From: Pseudomonadota bacterium
GTDB taxonomy: Bacteria; Desulfobacterota; Desulfobacteria; Desulfobacterales; JBDRRP01
Assembly: GCA_043825735.1 (NCBI GenBank)
Contig: JBDRRP010000073.1
Span: forward strand, 11,826-75,825
Direction of reading: 5' to 3'
Length of the DNA: 64,000 bases
A program made the position numbers and the translations under genes. Shown piece by piece: positions 29,928-39,267 of the stretch (the first letter of the stretch is position 1; each line of letters starts with the position of its first letter). The notes beneath the pieces are model-generated. The model saw only the letters and a list, made by a program, of their open reading frames with translations, was not told the origin of the DNA and did not search any database.

Positions 29928-30746
29928 CTACGCTTCGTCGTCGTCCTCGGCGTCGAACTCCAGCATTGCCTCGGCCATGGCCAGGGCTTCGTGGACGGCA
30001 TCCACAATGTCCTCGTCCTCTTCGTCCAGCAGCGGTTCCAGAATTTCACCGACGTCGTCGGGCCGGATGTTGACGGCGGACTCGATGGCCGCCAGACGCA
30101 GCTCTTTTTCGGTATCAGCGTCGCCCACCAGGGCGACGATGCGCGGCCAGGCGGCGTCCACTTCCCAACTGCCGGCGGCACTGATCGCCTCGTAGAAGAT
30201 GTCCGGGTCGTCGTCCTCAAGCGACTCCATAATCTGCTTTTCAAAACCTTCGATGTAGTTCATGCCGAAAACCGCTGTCAGCCGCCAGTCCGGATCACCG
30301 GAAATGTAGGCGCTGCGGATGGCTGCCGCATGCCATTCCTGAGGCGCGCGCACCGAGGCCTCAAGGCACCGCCGCCGAACTTCCTTGGGGCACCCGGCAT
30401 CCCGGTAGCATTTTTTGAGAACGCCCTGAATGGCCCCGAACAGCCCCTCCGAGATCATGACGTCCTCTTCCTCGTCAAATCCCATCAAATCGGCGTTTTC
30501 CAGCGCCGGCCCCAAGGCGATGGCCGCCCGGGCGCGCAAGGTCGCATCCGCGCCGGTTTCCTCGACAATGGCCAGCAGCGCCCCGGCCAGTGCGTCATCC
30601 ACGACACTGAGATCACCGGCCATGGATGCTGCCAGCAATCGGTCATCGGGGTCCGCTGCGGCGTTCTGAAGCAGGGGCAGCAGGGTCGCCCCGGTATCCT
30701 CCGGCCATTCCCAGGGGGGAAGTTCTTTAAGCTTGTTAATGTCCAT
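29928..30746 (-). CDS. Acidic HEAT-repeat-like protein
   Basis: MDINKLKELPPWEWP.., repeated R..AAIALG-like helices, acidic tail EFDAEDDDEA; start at ATG 30746. Confidence 0.5.
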   Translation of the reverse strand: MDINKLKELPPWEWPEDTGATLLPLLQNAAADPDDRLLAASMAGDLSVVDDALAGALLAIVEETGADATLRARAAIALGPALENADLMGFDEEEDVMISEGLFGAIQGVLKKCYRDAGCPKEVRRRCLEASVRAPQEWHAAAIRSAYISGDPDWRLTAVFGMNYIEGFEKQIMESLEDDDPDIFYEAISAAGSWEVDAAWPRIVALVGDADTEKELRLAAIESAVNIRPDDVGEILEPLLDEEDEDIVDAVHEALAMAEAMLEFDAEDDDEA

Positions 30747-31086
30747 GATTCGTTTGTTTCTCCTTTGGCATCCCTGATTACGGACGCTGAATGGTTTCGC
30801 TTGTGTTATGAACCGGCGGCGCCCATGGCAGGCCGATCTAAAGCCCTGTCTTGTATCACACTTTATCGGTATGCTCATCGTTTTTTTACGGCTTTTCGGA
30901 CCGGACCCCATCGCCGGCGACCGTTTACCGGCACTCCTGGAAAGGGAGGGCAGAGCGCCGGCACAGACGGCCGGCACCCGTTTCCGGGCACCAAATTCCT
31001 GTTGACAACCCGGAGTGGATTATATAGGAATCCATTTTCCAGAGCGGCACTGCCGCAATGGAAATGCACTTGAAAATCCGATTTGT

Positions 31087-31162
31087 TCCCCAGTAGCTCA
31101 GTCGGTAGAGCAGATGGCTGTTAACCATCTTGTCCGCGGTTCGAATCCGTGCTGGGGAGCCA
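31087..31162 (+). tRNA. tRNA-Asn (anticodon GTT)
   Basis: 76 nt. Acceptor stem TCCCCAG/CTGGGGA, D-arm AGCTCAGTCGGTAGAGC, anticodon arm GATGG-CTGTTAA-CCATC, T-arm GGTTCGAATCC, encoded CCA. Confidence 0.95.
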
Positions 31163-31170
31163 ATTAAATC

Positions 31171-31208
31171 AAGGGGTTAGCTCGAAAGGGTTAACCCCTT
31201 GTTTTTTG
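31171..31208 (+). terminator. Hairpin plus T-run after tRNA-Asn
   Basis: AAGGGGTTA (31171-31179) / TAACCCCTT (31192-31200) followed by GTTTTTTG. Confidence 0.7.
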
Positions 31209-31236
31209 CCGTGTGAGACTTTGTGTGAGACTTTTT

Positions 31237-32505
31237 TCATCTCACGCGGCCTCCCCGCCGCTTTTGACTGGCAGCGTTTTGATAGTATTTCAGCCATTTC
31301 CTTACTGCATTGTCGCTCACACCATATTTCCTGCCAGCGCCGGAATAACCCAACTTGTCGACGTCCGCCTGCAGCACGCCAAATGGCGGTCGATCCGCCT
31401 TCCGCTGCCAGAATGATCCATGCATATTGGTCGGCGCGGTGGTGTCGACCGAAAACCCATTTGTAAAGAGGTCAACATCCTGCAGACGACTCATCGCCCG
31501 ACGCTCTGACTCACCAACGGAATGAAGATAGATTTCCGTTGTGCGCCGGTTCTGGTGCCCCAGGATACGCTGGATGACACCGATGGGAATTCCCATGTCA
31601 TCGAGAATGGACGCCGTGAGATGACGCAAGGCATGAAACCGGAAATATTTCACTTTGGCGCTCTTACACAGAGAACCCATTATTTTGTTCCGGTCACCAT
31701 AGGGACCTTGCACCCACTGTCCTTGTATTCTGCTCCAATACCGGTGCCAAAAAACATAATTGGTATCAGGGGAGCGCTTGGCCGCCCGGTTACTGAGAAC
31801 ATCGCGCAGCATCGGAACCATTGGGATCTCCCTCGGCTCCCTGTTGCCGCCCTTGCGCTTTCTCGTCCAGAGGGTGACCTGGTGCGCATCAAATGAAACA
31901 TCGTCCCAGGTGAGGTTGTTGATTTCGTTAACCCGGGCCGCCGTCAACAGGATGGCCCACAGGTACTGCTGGGCATCGGGATCAGCCAGCGAGACAACTT
32001 TCATCACGTCATCTTTGGGAGGGACGTACCGTTTCCGCTTCTCGATCGGCAAAAAGGCTATTTGAGCAGTGGGGTTCGAAGAAACCAGCTTCCTTTTCAC
32101 CCCAAAGTTGAACAGGGCTCTGAGGTACTGAATCTCCTTATTGGCTACGATGGCCGAAACCTTTGACCTCTTAAGAGTGTAGGATTCGATCATTTCGGAT
32201 GTGATTTCGCTGCACATGCAGTCCTGCCACTCCTTTACCCACCGTTTCGCGTGATAGACCACGTCCCGATAATGGCTACCGGAATTGTAGCTCTTGACGT
32301 AATCCAGCCTTTTGTTAACCAGATCCAAGAAGTCCGTGTCTGTCGGTGCCGCCGGCTCCAGTTGTGGATTTTTCAGCTCCTTTCGTTTTTCGGCCTCGGC
32401 TTCCTTTGCCTCGGTCTTGGTTTTGAACCAGGCTTCCGTGTACCTCTCGCCTTTGTGGGTGAAGTCGTACCTCCACCCCTTGCCCTTTACTGAATATAAG
32501 CTCAT
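31237..32505 (-). CDS. Tyrosine-type site-specific integrase with C-terminal HTH-like extension
   Basis: Arm-binding N-terminus (SVKGKGWRYDF..), catalytic HALRH..LGH..EIYLH region, then about 85 extra residues containing GRKYGVSDNAVRKWLKYY. Confidence 0.95.
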   Translation of the reverse strand: MSLYSVKGKGWRYDFTHKGERYTEAWFKTKTEAKEAEAEKRKELKNPQLEPAAPTDTDFLDLVNKRLDYVKSYNSGSHYRDVVYHAKRWVKEWQDCMCSEITSEMIESYTLKRSKVSAIVANKEIQYLRALFNFGVKRKLVSSNPTAQIAFLPIEKRKRYVPPKDDVMKVVSLADPDAQQYLWAILLTAARVNEINNLTWDDVSFDAHQVTLWTRKRKGGNREPREIPMVPMLRDVLSNRAAKRSPDTNYVFWHRYWSRIQGQWVQGPYGDRNKIMGSLCKSAKVKYFRFHALRHLTASILDDMGIPIGVIQRILGHQNRRTTEIYLHSVGESERRAMSRLQDVDLFTNGFSVDTTAPTNMHGSFWQRKADRPPFGVLQADVDKLGYSGAGRKYGVSDNAVRKWLKYYQNAASQKRRGGRVR

Positions 32506-32629
32506 AGAGATCCTCCTTTGCTGGGAAAAACAGAGAACCTCCGAGCTTCCTACCGCCCAGCAGCGCTGCGTTTTTATAAACCCATGACAGGCTCTTTCGC
32601 AGGTACTGAGCTGTTTCCTCGGGAGTCAT
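32315..32629 (-). CDS. Excisionase/AlpA-like HTH protein
   Basis: MTPEETAQYLRKSLSWVYKNAALLGGRKLGGSLFF matches excisionase-family HTH. The last 191 nt of the ORF (32315-32505) overlap the integrase start in another frame, so the tail is doubtful. Confidence 0.6.
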   Translation of the reverse strand: MTPEETAQYLRKSLSWVYKNAALLGGRKLGGSLFFPAKEDLYELIFSKGQGVEVRLHPQRREVHGSLVQNQDRGKGSRGRKTKGAEKSTTGAGGTDRHGLLGSG

Positions 32630-32783
32630 GATATGTTTTTCGCCAGACACGATCAACTGTTTCCTCCTACAACTCATAGGAGGACTGGTTGCGTCGTGGC
32701 CGGTGACAAAACACGTCATCGGGAAATAATTTTGGAATGGATGATCAGTTTTTGGTGTTACGGGGATACTGGGGCGAAACTAT

Positions 32784-34634
32784 CTATCCGAAATGCCATT
32801 CAATTGCGGGATATGGGTGATAATGAAGTTGTTTCTTGCTGATCCCACCCCTGAGGGACTCTTTGAGATGGTTGTGAATCTCATTTCTCAATTCTTTTTG
32901 AGGGTCATTGGGTTTGCCCTTCATTTCTTTAAGTGCACGATACATGGCTTGGACGATGGCTTCTCTGCCACGAGTTTCATTCGTTCTAAGCCACTTATCA
33001 GGGTCCTCACCAACCATTTCAGCGAATGTCATATTCAACTGTCTTCTTTCCTTGGTTGCCCTGTTCCGTCTTTCAATATCATTGGATTTTTTATAGTGCT
33101 CAATATCTTCATTCAGTTCTGCGATCCGTTTTTTGTAAGCGATTATTGCTCTGTCCCTTATACCGTCATCATCCTTGGCGCTCGCCTTTCCAGAATTTTT
33201 TCCTTCATCTTTAAAGTCTTCTTCTGATTTTCCTTGAACATCGCTTTCATAACTTTTCCCACCGATATCGTCTGGGTTTACATTCATTGATTGGAAAAAC
33301 TTGAAAGTGTCTATTGGTTCTGGACTCCTCATCAATTCGTAAAAATAGCCCCACCCAACTTGCTCAAGACCTCTTATCACTTTTCCATTGAATCTTATCG
33401 TATAATTATTTCCTTCCCGGAAAAATGCATATGGCTTGTCATCCAAGTCCTCAATCTTCATCGCATCGAGCGCGCCGTTCAAATAACGTTTTAAAACCCT
33501 ATCGACTGATGCATAAGACCAGCATGGTGAATTCAATAAAACAAAATATTCTTCAATAAAGTCATTGAATCTCTCAGAGTAATATTGACGCCCGAACCCT
33601 TTTGAGAACAGATCTACTTCTGTTTCTATGCTTGCATTTATATCATACCCCATTTCAATCTTCAGCCCGGGATCTTGATGATTGGTGATGAAGCCCAAAG
33701 GGATACCTTGGCCCTTGAACGGATCGGTTGAGCCCCAAATTCTTTTGCATATTGGATGATTATACCCAGGGAGTTCAAATTCGCCAGTTTGCTGGGTGAG
33801 AACGTCAAAGAAGCGGGAAGAAACAGTTGCTATAGTTTGGTTAAATTTTGTTTGCGCATCTTCATAAAACTGATTATATCTTGATACCAGTTCTTTTTGC
33901 TTTTGGATATCCGATCTGCTATCTTTAGAAATTTCCGAAGCAATCAATAACTTTTCTTGGTTTTCTTTGAAGAGCTTCCACATCCTAATTGAATGAGCAA
34001 AATCCCAACAGAAAGTTTCTACAGTATCATACAGATCAATGGAATGGACATATCGTGGAATGATGCGCCTATCCTCTGCGTTTTCTATGTCAACGATATC
34101 TTGGATCTGGTTATGCTTAACGTACAAAACAGTTAAAGATGGTCCGATAGGCATTTCCTCATCAAAGAAAAAGGAGCTCGCATAGCCTTCCATATGTTGG
34201 GACCTGACCTCATCTTTACCACTGTCCCAAAAAGTTCCGGAAATAAAATGCTGAGATAGACCGGAATCAATTCTCTTTAATTGTAGCAAGTCCAATACGT
34301 GGTACTGAAGAGTGGAATGATACCTGAGTTTTATCGGAAACGAATAACTACCGATATTGAGGTCGTGTAAGTGAATCGATGAAAACAGGTATTTTGTTGA
34401 AGAAAGATCGCCCCTTAGCAGAATCGATTTGCCACATTTTGGGCAATTAATCCCTGCATAACCAACATCGGATTCAGCATCAACAAGATAAAATATACCA
34501 TGCAGTAAAACTGCTACAATAAGTGCTTCCTCATCGAAATTCTGATCGCAATGATCACATTGAAATCTTTTAACTACTTTTACGTTTTCTCCATTAAAAA
34601 ATACATTTTCCATGAATTCGGAGCATTCAATCAT
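32784..34634 (-). CDS. Hypothetical 616-aa protein with split N-terminal zinc ribbon
   Basis: Long AT-rich ORF; CDHC..CPKC pairs near the N-terminus; Lys/Glu-rich coiled C-terminal part; no enzyme motif recognised. Confidence 0.6.
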   Translation of the reverse strand: MIECSEFMENVFFNGENVKVVKRFQCDHCDQNFDEEALIVAVLLHGIFYLVDAESDVGYAGINCPKCGKSILLRGDLSSTKYLFSSIHLHDLNIGSYSFPIKLRYHSTLQYHVLDLLQLKRIDSGLSQHFISGTFWDSGKDEVRSQHMEGYASSFFFDEEMPIGPSLTVLYVKHNQIQDIVDIENAEDRRIIPRYVHSIDLYDTVETFCWDFAHSIRMWKLFKENQEKLLIASEISKDSRSDIQKQKELVSRYNQFYEDAQTKFNQTIATVSSRFFDVLTQQTGEFELPGYNHPICKRIWGSTDPFKGQGIPLGFITNHQDPGLKIEMGYDINASIETEVDLFSKGFGRQYYSERFNDFIEEYFVLLNSPCWSYASVDRVLKRYLNGALDAMKIEDLDDKPYAFFREGNNYTIRFNGKVIRGLEQVGWGYFYELMRSPEPIDTFKFFQSMNVNPDDIGGKSYESDVQGKSEEDFKDEGKNSGKASAKDDDGIRDRAIIAYKKRIAELNEDIEHYKKSNDIERRNRATKERRQLNMTFAEMVGEDPDKWLRTNETRGREAIVQAMYRALKEMKGKPNDPQKELRNEIHNHLKESLRGGISKKQLHYHPYPAIEWHFG

Positions 34635-34658
34635 TCATCGACCTCTTTTACCATTTCT

Positions 34659-34734
34659 TATCGTCATATCGTCACATTCGTCATTGTCACCTGATATCAT
34701 TGATAAATCTTAATGACGGTCTTGATGACGAACC
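34659..34734. promoter_or_regulatory. Array of TCGTCA / TGACG motifs upstream of the 616-aa gene
   Basis: TATCGTCATATCGTCACATTCGTCATTGTCAC (34659-34690) and, in inverse orientation, TAATGACGGTCTTGATGACGAACC (34711-34734). Confidence 0.4.
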
Positions 34735-35110
34735 GTTACAAGCCTATCACATGACTGGCGCCGCCGTCACCCCCGACCTCATCGATCTTTTATAGACTCA
34801 TGATCTTGGAAGATGCTGGATTTTTTAGACATCTGTGGGTCCTTTCCTGCAAGGCCAAGACACGGGGGAGTATAGCTGGGCGAGTCTGAGGCGCTGCCAC
34901 TAAAATTATACTATATTTCGTGACTATGCTCAAAGGATTCCATCGTGAGGTCATCTGGATGCAGTCGCCCTGCTCAATTACGAAGAGGGAAATGATTTTC
35001 TGTGCTATCGCGGAGGCTTCAAATTCATTGTCTCACTGGACGCACCCTCTAAATGGAGAGCGCATCCAGTGATTAAGAAAGTGAAGGAGTATATAATGAA
35101 ATACCTCTAC

Positions 35111-35140
35111 ATGCCTGCCGGCGTACTGTACGGCAGGCAT
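35111..35140 (-). terminator. Perfect 10-bp hairpin just downstream of the ankyrin gene stop
   Basis: ATGCCTGCCG / CGGCAGGCAT with a 10-nt loop; only a weak T-tract follows on the minus strand. Confidence 0.4.
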
Positions 35141-35146
35141 ATATTG

Positions 35147-36469
35147 TTAGGATTTAAAAAAATCAGTAAGGACATCCCCGATAATTTCCGCTGGCTCGTC
35201 TACAGCATTGACTGAATTCCGAAACAAGTTAGGACCCAGAAATTCAGACCCTTTCTTTGAGAAATTGAAGCATTCAAAGAATTGGGTCACAGACTCGACA
35301 TCTGAAGGGGTCTCGAGTCTGAGAAATTCGACGTATTCACCAAGATAGTCGGCAAGCTTACTGAACTTGCCATCGAGATCAAGAGCCTGGCTATCCTTGG
35401 GCTCCGAGTTAATCACCGCAAGAGGCGGCATGCTCACGTCATTGGTGTCGGCATACAGATCAGCCCATTTTTCATAATTTTCCCAACTATGCCCAAGAGA
35501 TTTCTCAAAAACCATTTCACCATGCTCGAATCTTCTGTAAATCAACCATTGGTGGTCACTCCCGGCAAAGAATTCCATAGATCCATCGGCAGTTTTCCTG
35601 ACATAAAAACGACGCAGCGGGGACATGGCTCGGTGCTTATTGAGGTAACCAAGCCCATATACCAAAATGTGCAGGCATCCATCATCGCTGCGCCAGTGGT
35701 AATCGGCGGTGGCAACGCTGTTATCGTTATAGTATCCGTCCTTGGCAGATAAGGACAGGTGCTCCTGGAGCCTGTCTTCACCTTCAGCCCCGGCACCTAT
35801 CAGGATCTCAGCCATCTCGGATAGACCAAGCTCCTTTGCTACTTCCAAAGCGGTCAGTCCGGTAATATTCCGGTAGTTGACATCTGCTCCGCTCTCGATC
35901 AAGAATTCCGTAAATACCGGGTCCTTTTCTATGATGGTTGTCATCAGCGGAGTTTCACCCGAGTAACGCTCGATATTGATATCGGCACCTTTATCCAGGC
36001 AGAACCTGACAAGTTCCGGGTCCCGCAGATCCACTGCGACGGTAAGGGGTGAGTCACCATCAACACCTGACCTCTGGTTGACATCCGCCCCGTGGCTTAA
36101 AAGCAAACCCAGCAATTCATGGTCCCGTCTTCTGGCGGCCAGGGATACTGCACTTGGCCACGCACCTTCATCCAGATCCGTCTCGAATGAATCCATAAAG
36201 TGAACATCCGCTCCCTCCTTTAAGAGCAACTCTGAAGTGCTGTAATGACCAGCATCAACCGCAACCATCAGTGGTGTGAATCCATTCCTCGTCTTGGCGT
36301 CGATATTGGCGCCGGTATTCAAAAGTTCCCGGATCCTTTCATCATTGCCACTTTTCGCTGACTCGAATAGGTGGACTTCATTTGCCTCAAGCCCGCTTTC
36401 TTCAATTCTGTAGTCATACTCGAAATCCCATTTCTTATTCACCGCCAAATCTTTTTCATAATTTTTCAT
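35147..36469 (-). CDS. Ankyrin-repeat protein with unknown C-terminal domain (paralogue 2)
   Basis: Repeated G.TPLM.A...GH...ELLL..GADVN units, then a roughly 210-aa domain with DDGCLHILVYGLGY..LRRFYVRKTADG. Confidence 0.85.
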   Translation of the reverse strand: MKNYEKDLAVNKKWDFEYDYRIEESGLEANEVHLFESAKSGNDERIRELLNTGANIDAKTRNGFTPLMVAVDAGHYSTSELLLKEGADVHFMDSFETDLDEGAWPSAVSLAARRRDHELLGLLLSHGADVNQRSGVDGDSPLTVAVDLRDPELVRFCLDKGADINIERYSGETPLMTTIIEKDPVFTEFLIESGADVNYRNITGLTALEVAKELGLSEMAEILIGAGAEGEDRLQEHLSLSAKDGYYNDNSVATADYHWRSDDGCLHILVYGLGYLNKHRAMSPLRRFYVRKTADGSMEFFAGSDHQWLIYRRFEHGEMVFEKSLGHSWENYEKWADLYADTNDVSMPPLAVINSEPKDSQALDLDGKFSKLADYLGEYVEFLRLETPSDVESVTQFFECFNFSKKGSEFLGPNLFRNSVNAVDEPAEIIGDVLTDFFKS

Positions 36470-36673
36470 AACTTAATTCCTCCTAAATATTGTATAATAT
36501 TTCGTCCCATCGATAATGATGGGATCGATTTTTCCTTTCCATTCTTTCATTACACAAGATCCTTTTTTTGTTTTCTGGGCATGCGCTTCCTTGTCGAAAA
36601 GGCATACCCAGTTATTTTATTCAATCTAAACAACATATCCGAATAGAATTTTACATCGAAAACCATCTCTACT

Positions 36674-38035
36674 TCAATATTTGAAGTACTGGGTTAGCAG
36701 ATCTAATACCAATGACTCATGGCCATCTTTGACATTTACGGACCTCCGCCAATAATATTGATCTAAAAATTTCAATCCTCTTTCCGTGTAACAAAAATAT
36801 TCATTTTGAAAGCTGGTGGTTTCTGATTCGGGATCGAGCTCGCCAATTTGCAATGATACAAATCGCGATAAATATTTATGAAGATATCCAAACATACTTT
36901 CGAAGTCCTGACCTTCACAATTTTCCGGTTTAATCCTGCAGACAGTACGAGGCAAGGGCCCTGCAAAATCCGGCCCGAAAGGTAAGTGTATATATGTCTG
37001 AAGATTTCTGCCAAGGCTATCAAACCTCTCCTCTACCAACTCTTCACTTTCATAGCGGCAATGATGAAACCATTCACTATCGTTACCAGCAAATGTTTCA
37101 AGAATGCCATCAGCGTTTTTCCTTATATAAAAGCGACGTAACTCAGACATAGCACTCGACGTATTTGGGTATCCAAATCCATAAACAAGAATGTGTAACC
37201 ACCCGTCATCGGTGGTCCATTCGTAGTAAGCGTAAGCGATATCATTATCAACATAGTAATAATCCTGGGCGTGTAGCCCTAAATTTTCTAACATCCGAAC
37301 TTCGCTGTCGCCACCAGCTTCAATTAGGATTTTTTCCATTGCGGGCACATCCCACGACCTTGCTATATCCAATGCTGTTAGACCTGTGATATTTTTAAAA
37401 TTTACATCGGCTCCATTCGCCAATAGGTACTTAGCCAATTTTCTGTCATTTTTTAGCACCGCGTAGATCAATGAAGTCTCACCGTCATAAAACTCGATAT
37501 TAATGTCCGCTCCTTTTCCAAGGATAAAATTAATAAATTCATAATCATCAGAAAGGACTGCGATTAAGAACGGGGATTCACCATTTATACCTGATCGCTC
37601 ATTGATGTCGCCACCATGGTTGATCAATAAGTCAATCATTGACAGGTCTTTATTTCGACAAGCAAGATTCATAGCCGTTACCCCTAAACCACCTAATTCC
37701 ATATCAACTATTTCTCTTGCACTTACATCTGTTTTCCATCTCAACAGAAGCTTAGCAGCTTCTATATTACCGTAATCAACTGCAATCATTAGTGGCGTTA
37801 CACCAAAACTGGATTTTAACTCCATGTACGGTTTTTTAGATATCCTCTTTTCCATCTCTTCAATATTGTTATTTTTCACAAAGACTAAATAGTCGACTTG
37901 ATCCTTTGTTAGATCTAAAAAATCAAACTTATCAAATTTAAAGTGAGGAACGATACTCATGTTGCCTAATTCATCTCCTCTCCATTTGCCAATGTAATAA
38001 TTTATTAACTCATTTTTAAATTTTTCTTTCTTCAT
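36674..38035 (-). CDS. Ankyrin-repeat protein with unknown C-terminal domain (paralogue 1)
   Basis: Same architecture; C-terminal domain DDGWLHILVYGFGY..LRRFYIRKNADG is collinear with the neighbour. Confidence 0.85.
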   Translation of the reverse strand: MKKEKFKNELINYYIGKWRGDELGNMSIVPHFKFDKFDFLDLTKDQVDYLVFVKNNNIEEMEKRISKKPYMELKSSFGVTPLMIAVDYGNIEAAKLLLRWKTDVSAREIVDMELGGLGVTAMNLACRNKDLSMIDLLINHGGDINERSGINGESPFLIAVLSDDYEFINFILGKGADINIEFYDGETSLIYAVLKNDRKLAKYLLANGADVNFKNITGLTALDIARSWDVPAMEKILIEAGGDSEVRMLENLGLHAQDYYYVDNDIAYAYYEWTTDDGWLHILVYGFGYPNTSSAMSELRRFYIRKNADGILETFAGNDSEWFHHCRYESEELVEERFDSLGRNLQTYIHLPFGPDFAGPLPRTVCRIKPENCEGQDFESMFGYLHKYLSRFVSLQIGELDPESETTSFQNEYFCYTERGLKFLDQYYWRRSVNVKDGHESLVLDLLTQYFKY

Positions 38036-38178
38036 TATTCTTCTCCATTCTTTATTTTATTTCGCCCTGAAGACGTGGACATGACGCGCACTGGTATCCA
38101 GTGCTGTTTGCCGATATTCTGCATTGTTATTGTTGCTTTTTTCCAGCGGCTCTGACTCCTTCCAATTTTTTGTCCTAT

Positions 38179-38207
38179 CTATACATATACGAGGTTAGTT
38201 TATTCAC
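38179..38207 (-). promoter_or_regulatory. Conserved block upstream of the ankyrin pair, shared with the MerR-primase module
   Basis: CTATACATATACGAGGTTAGTTTATTCAC versus CTATACTCATACGGAGGTTAGTTTATTCAC at 43716-43745: 27 identities, 2 mismatches, 1 indel by hand. Confidence 0.6.
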
Positions 38208-38314
38208 CACTTATATAGTTCTTTCTATGCCAGAAATGATTCACTCGAATCAGCGGAGGAGCAGAGCGGATACTCCACTCCACCGCTTGTTGCTATATCG
38301 AAACTTTTACAAAA

Positions 38315-38692
38315 CTATTCTTCCTCTTCGAGTTGTTCCGGCTCATCTTCACAAAGATCAAATCCCATTAACACCGCTTCATATGCAACTTTTATAGCTT
38401 TGTATTGTTTCAAAATTTTCCCTGATTCACTCTTTTCTAAATCCTCTAATTCTTTTTGATACTTTTCCTTAGTCATATCTTTCTTACTTTGATCTCTCTT
38501 TATCTCAAGATTATTCTTCATACGAATTATTTTTCCCGCCTTATGATTATACACACTTATCTGATGATTCAAGGTATCAATCATCATATCTGCCCACAAC
38601 ATTGGTGGCACACTTCCAAGTGCACCCAACACTAATTCCGTAAAAGCACTCTCCCGATCAAACCATCCATATTTATCATCAAAATTATACAT
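38315..38692 (-). CDS. Hypothetical protein (125 aa, acidic C-terminus)
   Basis: AT-rich ORF collinear with its neighbours; no motif recognised. Confidence 0.5.
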   Translation of the reverse strand: MYNFDDKYGWFDRESAFTELVLGALGSVPPMLWADMMIDTLNHQISVYNHKAGKIIRMKNNLEIKRDQSKKDMTKEKYQKELEDLEKSESGKILKQYKAIKVAYEAVLMGFDLCEDEPEQLEEEE

Positions 38693-38753
38693 AATTATTT
38701 TCCTTTCATATTTTATAAAACTTATTCTACTTAATTTCTATTTTGCCTTTGGA

Positions 38754-39071
38754 TCACATATAATCAAAGTCAGCCAACTCATCGAAAGTACCATTTTTGT
38801 ATGCTGGATATGCCTTTTCATAAATTTCCTGTAAATCCGATAGCTTTGGCGCCACCTTGGCGTTCCAGTCTTCAATTGAAATATCTGCCCGAAGGGCTGC
38901 CTGAAGAATCACATTTCCGGCTGCAATTATGATCGAATCTAAATCAATTAGGAGTCCATCTTCATGCATTTGAGAAAGTCCATTCCAGAACTTAAAATAT
39001 ATTGCACACGGAATACTGAATAAATCAGGTGACTCATTTACAATGTCCATATCGTGTAGCAAATTTTTCAT
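38754..39071 (-). CDS. Hypothetical protein (105 aa)
   Basis: AT-rich ORF preceded by GGAGAT 6 nt upstream of the ATG. Confidence 0.5.
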   Translation of the reverse strand: MKNLLHDMDIVNESPDLFSIPCAIYFKFWNGLSQMHEDGLLIDLDSIIIAAGNVILQAALRADISIEDWNAKVAPKLSDLQEIYEKAYPAYKNGTFDELADFDYM

Positions 39072-39267
39072 AATATCTCCTTTCTAACGCGTGGTCTTTA
39101 TAGACCTTCCGCATTCATATTTTGTCTTATTGCTCAATACCCCTTTGCTTGAAGCGATTCCTATATTGGGGTATGGTTTTCATGCCCCGGGGATTGATCC
39201 GGGGCACTTTATTCCGGCATTCTTTAAAGTCTCGGCCGGTGCGAATGACATGTTGGATGAAATTCTG

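Noticed and set aside
29991-31073. 360-aa plus-strand ORF
   Set aside because: Antisense to the HEAT-like gene and running through its promoter region toward the tRNA; Arg/Gly/Pro-rich with no motifs.
34926-35215. Two small plus-strand ORFs (48 aa at 34926-35072; 39 aa at 35096-35215, the latter with an AAGGAG RBS)
   Set aside because: Both are very short. The second overlaps the ankyrin gene 3' end and the terminator hairpin. There is no supporting evidence beyond the RBS.
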